From: a virus
IMG/VR virus record: IMGVR_UViG_3300040770_000181
Span: 3,173-67,172 of that record
Length of the DNA stretch: 64,000 nt
Direction: 5' to 3' (one strand)
In this document: positions 1 to 9,861 of the stretch, one piece after another
Position numbering within the stretch: the first letter of the stretch is position 1
Layout: every line of letters starts with the position of its first letter
Translations under genes and position numbers: made by a program
Notes under the pieces: model-generated
What the model saw: the letters and a program-made list of their open reading frames with translations, nothing else
Database searches by the model: none
Told to the model about the DNA's origin: nothing

Positions 1-670
1 AAGTGAAACTTTTCTAAAAAAGATTGTGCATTATTCAACAGAAGATGCTATAAAAGACGGGATTGTTAGTGATTTTAAAATCATTATCCATCAGTACAGT
101 TTAAATAGTGTAATTCCTGTTTCCTATGGTAAAGTTAAAAAATGGAAGAATACAGAATTAGCTGAATGTTTAAGGTTGTCTAAAGCTGTTACGAAAGCGT
201 ATGGACAACATAAAATGTTTGCAGCATTAAACAGAATGAGGTTTATTAATAGTACTAATTCTCTTGTACACCATGTAAATAATTGGATTAAAAATAATCC
301 AGATGAAAGATTTATTCTATTTACTGGTGATGAAAAAATTGGACTAAAATATAATTTACCAATGTATAACAGTAAAAGTGAAACTGATGCAGTTTTGCTT
401 GATTTCCTTAAAGGAGATATAAATCAGTTATGCTTAATTAAGAAAGGTTCTGCAGGTGTAACGTACCCAAACTTAAAAACTATACTAATTACAGCAATAA
501 ATAGTAATGGGGAAAATTTGGAACAAATGCTAGGTAGAAGTTTACTTACAGATACGGAAGATGCTGATATACATATATTTGTGAGTGACCAAGACTTCCA
601 ACTAAATTGGTTAAAACAAGCATTATATGGTATAAATAAGGATAAAATTTCGTATCTTTATAAGGAATAA
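1..670 (+). CDS. SF2 (UvsW-like) helicase, C-terminal part (5' truncated by window edge)
   Basis: Frame is open from base 2. Helicase motifs V/VI-like GSAGVTYPNL...EQMLGRS. Confidence 0.75.
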   Translation, partial: SETFLKKIVHYSTEDAIKDGIVSDFKIIIHQYSLNSVIPVSYGKVKKWKNTELAECLRLSKAVTKAYGQHKMFAALNRMRFINSTNSLVHHVNNWIKNNPDERFILFTGDEKIGLKYNLPMYNSKSETDAVLLDFLKGDINQLCLIKKGSAGVTYPNLKTILITAINSNGENLEQMLGRSLLTDTEDADIHIFVSDQDFQLNWLKQALYGINKDKISYLYKE

Positions 671-687
671 TAACAAAAATAAGAAAA

Positions 688-1536
688 ATGAAAGATGAAA
701 AAAAACCAGGATTAATTTTACCAGATGACATTGAGAAAGTAACACTTGTTGCTCCAAGAGATCTTGTCATTATTGGACAACCTAAAATTGGAAAAGGTGC
801 AATATTAGGAGATTTTACAAAAAGCAGAAATGCTCTTGTATTTGATTTAGAAAAAGGAGGTTATGAATATATAGAAGCTCGAAAGATTTCTACTTATGAA
901 TCTCAAGAAACTACACCATGGGGTAGTTACATGAATTATGTAAAAATTAGAAACGCTTTGTTAGACAAAAAAGGAAAATACGAATATCTAATTATAGATG
1001 GTTTGTCAGATCTTGATACTATGTCTGAAATGGGAGGAACGTTAGTTTATATGAATTCTGTTATTGGTAAAAACTTTAATAGAATTAAAAATACTAATGG
1101 TACTTATGGAGCACAATTTAATCCTGAAGACCCTGAATTCAAATCTGTATTAACCTTACCTGACGGTGCTGGTTATATGCACACTAGAAAATGGTTTATG
1201 GCACAAGTGGAAATCTTTACACAAATCTCACCATATCGATTATACGCAGCTCACATTGCTGACAAGTATATTAAAGATAATGCTAAAGAAGAAGTGATTG
1301 CATCTGAAATTGCTTTAACAGGACAATTAAAAAGAATATTTGCATCTAAAGTGACTTCACTTGCTAAAATTATAGCAGACGGAGATGAAAGATTTTTAAA
1401 TTTTGATGTTTTGAATGATAGCATTCTTGCAGGAAGCAGAGCACCACAATTAAAAGGAAGAATATTAATTTCACGTAAAGAGGCTAATGGAAATATAAAA
1501 ACTTTCTGGGACTCAATTTATCCACCTAATTCATAA
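688..1536 (+). CDS. AAA-family P-loop ATPase (AAA_24/Sak4-like phage recombination ATPase)
   Basis: Walker A-like GQPKIGKG and Walker B IIDGLS; position in replication module. Confidence 0.7.
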   Translation: MKDEKKPGLILPDDIEKVTLVAPRDLVIIGQPKIGKGAILGDFTKSRNALVFDLEKGGYEYIEARKISTYESQETTPWGSYMNYVKIRNALLDKKGKYEYLIIDGLSDLDTMSEMGGTLVYMNSVIGKNFNRIKNTNGTYGAQFNPEDPEFKSVLTLPDGAGYMHTRKWFMAQVEIFTQISPYRLYAAHIADKYIKDNAKEEVIASEIALTGQLKRIFASKVTSLAKIIADGDERFLNFDVLNDSILAGSRAPQLKGRILISRKEANGNIKTFWDSIYPPNS

Positions 1537-1540
1537 AATT

Positions 1541-1657
1541 ATGAAAAAAGTTTTTACAGCAACGGAGTTACTAAAAAAACATCCTACTGCTACAGAAAAT
1601 ATAACAAAAATGAAAAAAGAAAATTCTTTTGAGTATAAAAAAATTATTAATAAATAA
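1541..1657 (+). CDS. 38-aa small ORF (MKKVFTATELLKKHPTATENITK...), possibly a truncated paralog of the 11476 gene
   Basis: Manually translated; not in ORF track; fills intergenic gap with A-rich leader. Confidence 0.4.
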   Translation: MKKVFTATELLKKHPTATENITKMKKENSFEYKKIINK

Positions 1658-1666
1658 AATAACAAT

Positions 1667-1822
1667 ATGGAATTTTCAATAGAAGACAAAAAAGATTATG
1701 TAAAGTTCTTAGAAAACGAACTTAAAATAGAAAAAGAGAAAACTGAATCGCTCTTTACTAATTACAATTCTTTTAATATTATGAAGGATTTGGTTAACAT
1801 GAATTTAATAATTAAAAACTAA
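1667..1822 (+). CDS. 51-aa hypothetical protein (MEFSIEDKKDYVKFLENELKIEKEK...)
   Basis: Manually translated; fills gap before 1828 in the operon orientation. Confidence 0.55.
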   Translation: MEFSIEDKKDYVKFLENELKIEKEKTESLFTNYNSFNIMKDLVNMNLIIKN

Positions 1823-1827
1823 GAAGT

Positions 1828-2703
1828 ATGAGTGCAATTGGAGGAGTTAAAAAAGAAACGAGTGACTTTGGAAAGAGAGTGGGTTTAATGGAAGCTAAAG
1901 TGCTTATCATTAATCCAACAATGGAAGAATACAAGGATAAATTAGGCATGGAATTGAAAGAAGATTCAAAAGCTGCAGAATATATTGGAGAAAGTAGAGA
2001 TGGTAACACTACGTTACGATTAGATGTTTGGTTAGCTGATGCTAAAGATGCTGCTAGAAGAATGAAAGTTTCTTTCTTTTTAGAAGATAAAGAACGTCAA
2101 AACAAAGATGAAACAAAAAAGCAATATATAAATAGTGTTGGTAATTGCTCTTGGGCTGCTGATCCTAATGATTTGCCAGATTGGTTTAAAGCAAGAGATT
2201 ATAGAGTGGCTAAAATAGGTGAAGAAGAACTTTATGAGTTTTTACGAACTTGGTTAGGTAATCTTGATTATCGTAGTTCTGCAACTGTTTTAGAAATTGA
2301 ATGGAAAAAGTTAATGAAAAACAACACTAAAGATCTTGCTGACCAAATTAATGGTGAGTGGGCAACTAATGTTGGTGCATTAGCAACTGTTGTAATTAAA
2401 GACAAAGATGGTGCTATTCAAGAATATCAAGGAGTTTATAACAGAGGATTTTTACCTGTTTATGCTCTTAAGCAATTTAAAATGCTTGATTATAATGATC
2501 CAAGTGTTCTAGAAGCTATTCAAAGTAAACCTACTAGAGATCAAAAAGTTCATGAAAAATTTGCTTTGAAAGTTACAGGAGAACATGGTTGTAAAGATTT
2601 CTTCTTGTTAGGAGATATTAAAGACTATGATCCTTCTGAAAACATTGTAACTTCTAATGATGCCATTTTAAATGGAGAGGATGAAGAAGAACATTTTATT
2701 TAA
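1828..2703 (+). CDS. Conserved crAss-like replication protein, putative ssDNA-binding/annealing protein
   Basis: 291 aa with acidic C-terminal tail (GEDEEEHFI); located between AAA ATPase and primase. Confidence 0.45.
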   Translation: MSAIGGVKKETSDFGKRVGLMEAKVLIINPTMEEYKDKLGMELKEDSKAAEYIGESRDGNTTLRLDVWLADAKDAARRMKVSFFLEDKERQNKDETKKQYINSVGNCSWAADPNDLPDWFKARDYRVAKIGEEELYEFLRTWLGNLDYRSSATVLEIEWKKLMKNNTKDLADQINGEWATNVGALATVVIKDKDGAIQEYQGVYNRGFLPVYALKQFKMLDYNDPSVLEAIQSKPTRDQKVHEKFALKVTGEHGCKDFFLLGDIKDYDPSENIVTSNDAILNGEDEEEHFI

Positions 2704-2721
2704 TCATTAATGACTTAGTAG

Positions 2722-2756
2722 AAAGCCTCTCAAATCTTGGGAGGCTTTTTATTTTA
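2722..2756 (+). terminator. Rho-independent terminator
   Basis: AAAGCCTC...GAGGCTTT hairpin followed by a T-run just after the 2703 stop. Confidence 0.75.
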
Positions 2757-2766
2757 TATATAACTT

Positions 2767-3771
2767 ATGATACAAGGATCAAAAAAAGTAATATTAACAC
2801 CAGATGCTATTCTTTCAAAGATTAGTGCATTTGATGTTTTTATGATGTATATGCCACACAAAAATTGGCATGTGAATGATGTAACTATTTCACCATTTAG
2901 AACAGAGACAAATCCCTCTTTTTTAATAGGTAATAGAAATGGAGGACTGAGCTTTATAGATTTTGGAGATACAAGTAAAAAAGGAGATTGTTTTACATTT
3001 ATAAAAATGTTGTACAATCTTGATTCTATGGATGATGTATTAAAAATGATAGATAAAGATTTTCATCTTGGTATATCCTCAGGAATATATACAGGAGAAC
3101 ATAAAAAGATTATTAGTGAATATAAACAACCTGAAGAATTAGGTAAAAGATATTCCTTGGTACAAGTTAAAGTTAGAAAGTTTACAAAATTAGAGTTGTC
3201 TTATTGGAATGGGTATTATCAAGATATTTCAGATCTCAAAAGAGAACAAATCTATTCTGTAGATAAAGTTTATTTAAACAAACAACTGTTTCCATTAAAA
3301 GAAACAGAACTAAGATTTGGATATTTTTATGAAGGTAATTGGAAAATTTACAGACCGTTTAGTCCTAAAAAAACAAAATGGGTACCTAACAATGTTCCAA
3401 TGAATTATTTAGAAGGTAAAGAAAATGTAAAAAACTGTAAAGTGGCTTTAGTTACTAAAAGTAAAAAAGACAAAATGGTTATTATGAAAGTTTACCCTCA
3501 TGTATGTGCTGTACAAGCTGAAGGTATGGCTTGTTTTTCTGAAGACAATGTAGAATATTTAAAAGCAAACTCAGATAGACAAGTTTTATTATTTGATTCC
3601 GATGAAGTGGGAGTAAAGAATTCTCAACAAATAACTAGTATTTTTGATTTGGAATATTGTAATGTACCAAAACAATATTTGTCTGAAGGAATTAATGACT
3701 ACGCATCATATGGAAAAGAAAAAGGACTTTTAGCATTAGAACAACAATTTAAAGACAAAGGAATATTATGA
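2767..3771 (+). CDS. DNA primase (DnaG-like/Toprim, crAss-like type)
   Basis: N-terminal degenerate zinc-finger-like SPFRTETNPSF...GDCFTF; Toprim DxD motif LLFDSDEVG. Confidence 0.75.
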   Translation: MIQGSKKVILTPDAILSKISAFDVFMMYMPHKNWHVNDVTISPFRTETNPSFLIGNRNGGLSFIDFGDTSKKGDCFTFIKMLYNLDSMDDVLKMIDKDFHLGISSGIYTGEHKKIISEYKQPEELGKRYSLVQVKVRKFTKLELSYWNGYYQDISDLKREQIYSVDKVYLNKQLFPLKETELRFGYFYEGNWKIYRPFSPKKTKWVPNNVPMNYLEGKENVKNCKVALVTKSKKDKMVIMKVYPHVCAVQAEGMACFSEDNVEYLKANSDRQVLLFDSDEVGVKNSQQITSIFDLEYCNVPKQYLSEGINDYASYGKEKGLLALEQQFKDKGIL

Positions 3772-3995
3772 GTGTAAAAGTAGAAGTAACAATAAAAGAA
3801 ATACCAACTGCATGTAGCAAATGTCAGTTTTATTCTTTAACTCGTTATCGTTGTCACAATGAAATGGGGGATGAATCTAAATGTAGTTTAGGCTATATGA
3901 CAGGAGACATGAGAGATGTTAATATGTACACTGACAGAAATAGAGAAAAAAGATATTTTAATTGTAGAATAGAAGATAATATTTTAATAGATTAA
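3768..3995 (+). CDS. Small Cys-rich hypothetical protein
   Basis: 75-aa ORF with ATGA overlap; CxxC plus further Cys residues. Confidence 0.6.
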   Translation: MSVKVEVTIKEIPTACSKCQFYSLTRYRCHNEMGDESKCSLGYMTGDMRDVNMYTDRNREKRYFNCRIEDNILID

Positions 3996-3997
3996 TT

Positions 3998-4249
3998 ATG
4001 ATGAAATATGTGCATGAATTGGAAGAAGGTGACGAAATTATAGTTTCAGGATTAGATTTACGTTATTTTAAAGTGGTAAGAAAACCAGTATTAAGAACAA
4101 AACCAGCAGGTTGGCAAAACTCTGTACATGGATATAAATCTGTAAAAGTTTTAGAAACTTTTGAAGAAGTTAGATCAGAGTCTGAACCCAGAGAGATTTA
4201 CATGGATTTGAATTACAAAGGATGTTGGTTAGTAAAAACAAAAAATTAA
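3998..4249 (+). CDS. Hypothetical protein (paralog of 4254 gene)
   Basis: Shares GDEIxV and DLNYKxxW motifs with the next ORF. Confidence 0.65.
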   Translation: MMKYVHELEEGDEIIVSGLDLRYFKVVRKPVLRTKPAGWQNSVHGYKSVKVLETFEEVRSESEPREIYMDLNYKGCWLVKTKN

Positions 4250-4253
4250 AATT

Positions 4254-4577
4254 ATGGAAATAGAAATAAATGATTTGAGAATTGGAGATGAAATTTTAGT
4301 ATTAGGGCAAGTTCCTAAACTACTTACTATTTTAGAAAATCCTTCAGAAAAAGGATTTTATAAATACAATCCAACTAAAGTGCAATACAATACATTTCGT
4401 TGTAGAAACAATGTACAAAGATTGTTAAAACCTAAAAATAGTTGGAACCGTGTAAAACAAATTTACGACGTTATTATGGTGGAAGAAAAAACTAATGTAT
4501 TAGAACCATGTGAAGAAGGTGAAGGGGAAACAAAAAAAATAGACCTTAATTATAAAAGAATGTGGAAACTTAATTAA
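4254..4577 (+). CDS. Hypothetical protein (paralog of 3998 gene)
   Basis: GDEILV...DLNYKRMW motifs. Confidence 0.65.
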   Translation: MEIEINDLRIGDEILVLGQVPKLLTILENPSEKGFYKYNPTKVQYNTFRCRNNVQRLLKPKNSWNRVKQIYDVIMVEEKTNVLEPCEEGEGETKKIDLNYKRMWKLN

Positions 4578-4592
4578 TAAATAAAAAAAGAT

Positions 4593-6917
4593 ATGATACT
4601 AGAAAAACAAACAGAAGTTGTAATATTATCAGATGGAGAGGAAACTCAATCATCTATTGGAATGTCATTAGACTTAGATTCTGCTCAAATGTTGATGCAG
4701 ATGTTAAGTAAAAACCTCTATTCAGATGGTATAGGTTCTACTATTAGAGAAACAGCAAGTAATGCTTTAGATTCTCACAGAAGAGCAGGAGTGACAGATC
4801 CAATTATTGTAGGATTAAGAATTAACGCTGAAAGTAATTATGAATTTACAGTTGAAGATTTTGGATCAGGATTAGATGCTGATGATGTAGAAAATATCAT
4901 AAGTAAATATGGTAAATCTACTAAAAGAGCAGATGCAAATGCATTAGGAATGTTTGGTCTTGGATTTAAATCTCCATTAGCTTATTGTTCATCTTTCTTT
5001 TTTACATGTAGAAAAGATGGTGTTGAAAGAAAGTATATGATGTATGAAGGAGAAGATGTAAATACAATAGATCTTTTATATGAAACACCAACAACAGAAA
5101 GAAATGGAGTAAAAATTATTGTTCCTGTAAAATGGAGTGATAGAGGAGATTTTTATGAAAAAACAAAAGAACAATTAGCTTATTTTGAAAATGTATTTTT
5201 TGATGTAAATGTTGGTGGAAGTGGAATTGATAATGATTTTATTATAGCAAGATCAGAACATTTTCAGTTTTCAGAAATTGCTAATGATTCTAATCTTCAT
5301 CTTTGTTTAGATAATGTTTATTATCCATTAGATTATACAAAACTTGGAATTAATACATTGACTGTTCCTATTGGACTTAAATTTAGTTTGTCTGATGGTA
5401 TTTTCCCTACACCAAATAGAGAAAGTATTAGATACACTTCTGAAGCAAAAGCTATTATTTTAGCTAAACTTGTAGAAGTGGCAGATTATTACATGATAAA
5501 GTTTAATGAAAGTATTGTAGATTCTTCTGATTTACATGCTGCTTTTGATTTTTACACAGCTAGAGAGAGATACGTAGTTCAATCTTTTGATCCTACAAAT
5601 AAAATAGCAATTACATCGTTGATAAAAATGTCAACTATTGTTATGAAAACTCCTAGTATAATAGGAATAACTCATTTAAAATTAGGAAGTTTAGCTAACA
5701 ACAAAGAATGTCTTCTTACTGAGTATCAATCTAAATACAAATTAGAAAATGATAGATTTTCAGAAACAAAAGGATACTATAGTAGAATTATAACATTTAG
5801 AGATGTTAGACCAACTTTACGTTTGTTTACTGAAAGATTAGGTGGATTAAAAAAGCAATATATAAAACATATTGCTACTCATGGTAGTTACATGTTTGCT
5901 AAAAAAGAAAATCCTTATAAATTATTTCCTAGTGATAGAAATAAACATGAAAAAAATAACTTTTATAGTATTTTAAATTTACATGCTGTTCCTAAAGAAT
6001 TGTGGAGAACACATATTAAAGAATTTAAAGCATTACAAGACATGTTGCTTGCAAACGTTGAAAATGTAGATGATTTAGTTATTCCTCAAGCATGGATTGA
6101 TGCTAGAAAAAAGAAAAACATTGCAAATAGTACAGGTAGAGCTATAAAACTTAAAGGAGATATTTCTTGTAAAATAGGAGCGCCTCTTTTAAGATGGGTT
6201 GATGGTAAAGATTCAAAATTAGAACCTACAATTTTAAAATTAGAAGAAATTGCTCGTACTCCCTGTTTATATGTATATGGAAGTGTTGAAGATATTCCTG
6301 AATTAGATAAATTGTTTGCTGTAACTGAAGGTAAACAAAAATTAAAAACAGTTGTACTTTCTGCTAGAGAGTTAAAAGTTGTTAATAGTATTGAATTACA
6401 TAATTTAATGCCAATAAGAAAATTTATGGAAGGAAAAAGCAAAATCTTTAAAAGAATGGTTACTGGTTTTTTAATACAAAAATTAATAGAAAAATTTGGA
6501 TATGTGTTTGCTAATAGAGCAAATTTGTCTAGTATCTCTAGTAGTCTTGTTAAAAATATGGACAAACTTGTAGATTATAAAAGTGCAAATTATGTTTGTT
6601 CAAGATCAGATGTTCAAGATGCTATGGTTGAAGTGGCAGAAACTCACAATCTATTTGATGGTGATATGTATCCTGAATACTTAGCAATGAAAGAATTGTT
6701 AGAAACTTTACCATTTCTTAATCCTGTTATGAAAACAATGACATCTTACAGTGGTACTCATAATCCAGATATGATTGAAGTTTTGTGTGATTTGTTTAAA
6801 TATTACAAACAAAGAATTGATTACACAAACTATCATCTTGTTATAGAGGATAATGTTATAGAAGAAATTCTTTCAGAAGAAGAAACAACAGAAGTAATAA
6901 ACCAATCAATTAATTAA
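4593..6917 (+). CDS. rIIA: RIIA-like protein with N-terminal GHKL (Hsp90/MORC-like) ATPase
   Basis: GHKL motifs RETASNALDS, EDFGSGL, GMFGLGFKS; followed by an RIIB-like gene. Confidence 0.75.
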   Translation: MILEKQTEVVILSDGEETQSSIGMSLDLDSAQMLMQMLSKNLYSDGIGSTIRETASNALDSHRRAGVTDPIIVGLRINAESNYEFTVEDFGSGLDADDVENIISKYGKSTKRADANALGMFGLGFKSPLAYCSSFFFTCRKDGVERKYMMYEGEDVNTIDLLYETPTTERNGVKIIVPVKWSDRGDFYEKTKEQLAYFENVFFDVNVGGSGIDNDFIIARSEHFQFSEIANDSNLHLCLDNVYYPLDYTKLGINTLTVPIGLKFSLSDGIFPTPNRESIRYTSEAKAIILAKLVEVADYYMIKFNESIVDSSDLHAAFDFYTARERYVVQSFDPTNKIAITSLIKMSTIVMKTPSIIGITHLKLGSLANNKECLLTEYQSKYKLENDRFSETKGYYSRIITFRDVRPTLRLFTERLGGLKKQYIKHIATHGSYMFAKKENPYKLFPSDRNKHEKNNFYSILNLHAVPKELWRTHIKEFKALQDMLLANVENVDDLVIPQAWIDARKKKNIANSTGRAIKLKGDISCKIGAPLLRWVDGKDSKLEPTILKLEEIARTPCLYVYGSVEDIPELDKLFAVTEGKQKLKTVVLSARELKVVNSIELHNLMPIRKFMEGKSKIFKRMVTGFLIQKLIEKFGYVFANRANLSSISSSLVKNMDKLVDYKSANYVCSRSDVQDAMVEVAETHNLFDGDMYPEYLAMKELLETLPFLNPVMKTMTSYSGTHNPDMIEVLCDLFKYYKQRIDYTNYHLVIEDNVIEEILSEEETTEVINQSIN

Positions 6918-6923
6918 ATAAAT

Positions 6924-8372
6924 ATGAAACAGAAATTTTTAAGTTTAGAATGGTTCAAGAGTAAAGTGAATCAAGCAGCAGAAACAGTTATTGAAAGAAG
7001 ATTAGATAAAATCTTAGATAAACTAGAAGAAGAAGAAGAAGGAGGAGAATATCCCGAAGAATCAATTCATCTTATGCAAGATGAATATGCTCCTAAGTAT
7101 GTATTTAAAGCGTACACTTCATTAAAGCTTGTTGGAGACACATTAAATGTTGTGTTGAACAATGGAACCATTTTAATGAAAACAGGCGCTACAGAAGAAG
7201 ATTTCCATAAAATAAAAGCTGCAAATTGTATGCAAGATGTTATGGATGTTATTAACACTCCAGAAGTGGCAGCAGAAAAGGAAGAAGAAAGAAAAAAAGA
7301 AGAGCGTATCATAGCTTTAAGTAAAGGAACAGATTTATTACTAGAAACTGGAGACTTTAACATAAAAGATGGATCTGTTTTTATTAATGGAATTTCTAGA
7401 AGTCTTCCTCAATTGTTAGTGGAACAATTTATTGAAGTTGTGTCCACTATAGAAAATCGTTATGAAGGAAGACTGAGTAAAGATGACTTAAATGTTTTGC
7501 TAAACGAAGATGATGAGTATTTATCATTAAAACGTTTCTTTATGTGGTGTTGTTTAAACCCACGTGCTGAAGTGGCTAATGATCTTTATGATTTCTTAGC
7601 TAGAAATTCCTTTAGAATCACTAAACAAGGTTTCTTTGTTGCATTACGTAACGTTGTTACAGTGAATGAAAATGGTGTGAACGACACTGATCTTGTTAAG
7701 TTTATTAGTAATGCTTACAACAAGATAAAAGCTGTTTGGAAAAAGAATCCAGCTGGGTACTTAGTTGTTAAAACAGAATCAGGAGACTATGAACTTGAAA
7801 AAATTGGACTTCATGGTACTATTCATACTAAGATTGGAATTCTTTCTGAACTTTACTTGGATTTACCTAATATGAAGGAAAACAGATTCACTGATGCCCA
7901 TACAAGAACATTTGATATTCGTATTGGGAAAGTAGTAAACATGCCTTCTGAAAAATGTAATTGGAATAGAGCAGATTGTGGACATGCAGGATTACACTTT
8001 ACGGCTGATGAGATTAATTATGTAGGATGTGGAGACACATCTGTTATTGTTCTTATTAATCCTATGAAAGTTGTAGGTATTGGAAAAGCTAAAGGTAGAT
8101 GTTATGAATATTTACCAATAATGGCTGTGCCAAGAGAAGAAGTTACTCAAATTTTACATGATGGTGCTTTTGACACTCTTCAACTTGATGAAGATTATGT
8201 CGTAAGAGAATTAGAATCTTTACAAGAAAAAGTCCAAGAAGGATTTACAATAGAGACAACTAAACACCAATTTAACCTACCTAGTATTTCATTAAGTGAA
8301 ATTGCTAGTATAGTTAAATCTTTAGATAGCATGAAAAGTGTTATTGAAAGAAGAGTAAGATCTATAGACTAA
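6924..8372 (+). CDS. rIIB: RIIB-like protein
   Basis: Adjacent to RIIA-like gene; C-terminal domain with IGKVVNMP...CGHAGLHF...KGRCYEY typical of RIIB homologs. Confidence 0.65.
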   Translation: MKQKFLSLEWFKSKVNQAAETVIERRLDKILDKLEEEEEGGEYPEESIHLMQDEYAPKYVFKAYTSLKLVGDTLNVVLNNGTILMKTGATEEDFHKIKAANCMQDVMDVINTPEVAAEKEEERKKEERIIALSKGTDLLLETGDFNIKDGSVFINGISRSLPQLLVEQFIEVVSTIENRYEGRLSKDDLNVLLNEDDEYLSLKRFFMWCCLNPRAEVANDLYDFLARNSFRITKQGFFVALRNVVTVNENGVNDTDLVKFISNAYNKIKAVWKKNPAGYLVVKTESGDYELEKIGLHGTIHTKIGILSELYLDLPNMKENRFTDAHTRTFDIRIGKVVNMPSEKCNWNRADCGHAGLHFTADEINYVGCGDTSVIVLINPMKVVGIGKAKGRCYEYLPIMAVPREEVTQILHDGAFDTLQLDEDYVVRELESLQEKVQEGFTIETTKHQFNLPSISLSEIASIVKSLDSMKSVIERRVRSID

Positions 8373-8385
8373 CTAAAAAAGTTAT

Positions 8386-8425
8386 GTGGGATAACAAAGT
8401 ATATTACGTATCTTTGTTATTCCAC
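8386..8425 (+). promoter_or_regulatory. Bacteroidota-type promoter (-7 TATCTTTG at 8409-8416) inside a 14-bp inverted repeat
   Basis: GTGGGATAACAAAG / CTTTGTTATTCCAC arms (one mismatch); TAnnTTTG consensus 22 nt before the 8439 start. Confidence 0.65.
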
Positions 8426-8438
8426 TAATTTATACAAA

Positions 8439-8843
8439 ATGGCAAAAGCAAAGAAAGTAGTTACATCAAGAGTAGCTAAAACCAGAAATGGAGGAACAAT
8501 GAGCGAAAGTGCTTTTTGGAGTTTTATCAGGAGTGCCCTACGACAAAAGTCTAGATTTTGGGCTCCTATAACCCAAGCAAAACTATTAGCTAAAAGACCT
8601 TATACAGGTCAAAATAAAAGACAAAAGTTTGAATATCAATGTAATGAGTGTAAGCTTTACTTTCCTGAAAAGTTAATAAACGTAGATCATTTAGTCCCTG
8701 CAGGTAGTCTTAACAACCCTCAAGATCTTCCAGGATTTGTCGAAAGACTATTTTGTGAAGTGGACAAATTACAAGTTTTATGTGAACCTTGTCATAATGT
8801 TAAAACACAATTAGAAAAACAAGCTAAATTAAAAAAATTATGA
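8439..8843 (+). CDS. HNH endonuclease
   Basis: CNECK...VDHLVP...LQVLCEPCHNVKT HNH/zinc motifs. Confidence 0.85.
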   Translation: MAKAKKVVTSRVAKTRNGGTMSESAFWSFIRSALRQKSRFWAPITQAKLLAKRPYTGQNKRQKFEYQCNECKLYFPEKLINVDHLVPAGSLNNPQDLPGFVERLFCEVDKLQVLCEPCHNVKTQLEKQAKLKKL

Positions 8844-9010
8844 TAAAAAGTATTATTAGTAGATTCACTATGGTAAAAACTGGTTCAACACTGTATGATG
8901 AAATAAGTCATGAAGTAGTTTATTATTGGCAAGATATGTATTTTAATCAATATTTAGCAAACAATAGATGGGGATGTAGAGTTTTAATTAGACAAAAAAA
9001 GACAACATGA
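8840..9010 (+). CDS. 56-aa hypothetical protein (MIKSIISRFTMVKTGSTLYDEISHEVVYYWQD...)
   Basis: Manually translated; ATGA overlaps with both neighbours. Confidence 0.6.
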   Translation: MIKSIISRFTMVKTGSTLYDEISHEVVYYWQDMYFNQYLANNRWGCRVLIRQKKTT

Positions 9011-9426
9011 GTTTAGATGTAAGAATGCATAGAATTTATCATATTAGTTATGATAACGGAAAAACATTAGAAGTGAAAGAAGAAGAAGTGTATAATGCTA
9101 ATATTACACATAATCTTGGAAAAATGGCTGAAAAAGCTGGTTTATATGAAGCTTTGTGGCGTCCATATAGATTAAAAACAGATTATGTTCAACAAGATGA
9201 TTATGTTATTGAAGGAAAGTTTGAAGGAGCTTCAACTACTTTAGCAGAGGAAATTTCTCCTATTATAGAAAAAGGACTTCAAGATTTAAAAAATCGTCCT
9301 GATTATTTTAGAACATTTGATTCAGAGAATGGATGGGGAATATATGATCATTTTGTTCCCTTTGTAGAAAAGTATTTAACAGCTTTAAAATCATGGCCAG
9401 AAGCCATAATAACAACAGATAGATAA
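9007..9426 (+). CDS. Hypothetical phage protein
   Basis: 139-aa ORF with NITHNLGKMA motif; no function recognised. Confidence 0.65.
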   Translation: MSLDVRMHRIYHISYDNGKTLEVKEEEVYNANITHNLGKMAEKAGLYEALWRPYRLKTDYVQQDDYVIEGKFEGASTTLAEEISPIIEKGLQDLKNRPDYFRTFDSENGWGIYDHFVPFVEKYLTALKSWPEAIITTDR

Positions 9427-9427
9427 T

Positions 9428-9556
9428 ATGAAAACATTCACAATAATGTATCTTCCTCATGGCAAAGAAGCTAAAGAATGGATAGATGTAGAAGCTAATT
9501 CAAAAGAAGAAGCTATGAGTAATTTTAAAGGAGGAATGATTATCCAAATAAGATGA
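9428..9556 (+). CDS. 42-aa hypothetical protein (MKTFTIMYLPHGKEAKEWIDVEANSKEEA...)
   Basis: Manually translated; abuts 9426 stop and overlaps 9553 start (ATGA). Confidence 0.55.
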   Translation: MKTFTIMYLPHGKEAKEWIDVEANSKEEAMSNFKGGMIIQIR

Positions 9557-9861
9557 TAATAGCTTATAAACTTTTTAGAGTTATGAAAGATGGGTCAATA
9601 TCTTCTTTATTTATTAACAAAAAAGAAAGATATCCATTAAATGTTTGGATGGATTTTCAAGATGTTCCCACTAAAGGGTTTAAACAACGTCCAGGATGGC
9701 ATAGTGTGGCTTTTCCATATGCACCACATCTTTCAGAAAAAGGAAGAAAATGGTTTAAAGTGGGAATAGAAAACATTGTAGTTGAACAAAGGCCAGAAAG
9801 CCAAGGAGGCAGATGGTTTTTATCAAAAAGATTAAAAATAATAGAAAAAATAAATATATAA
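9553..9861 (+). CDS. Hypothetical phage protein
   Basis: 102-aa ORF with KGFKQRPGWH motif; TAATG coupling to the next gene. Confidence 0.65.
   Translation: MIIAYKLFRVMKDGSISSLFINKKERYPLNVWMDFQDVPTKGFKQRPGWHSVAFPYAPHLSEKGRKWFKVGIENIVVEQRPESQGGRWFLSKRLKIIEKINI

Noticed and set aside
9813-9860. Upstream start of the exonuclease given in the ORF track
   Set aside because: It overlaps the preceding gene by 49 nt; ATG 9861 gives canonical TAATG coupling.
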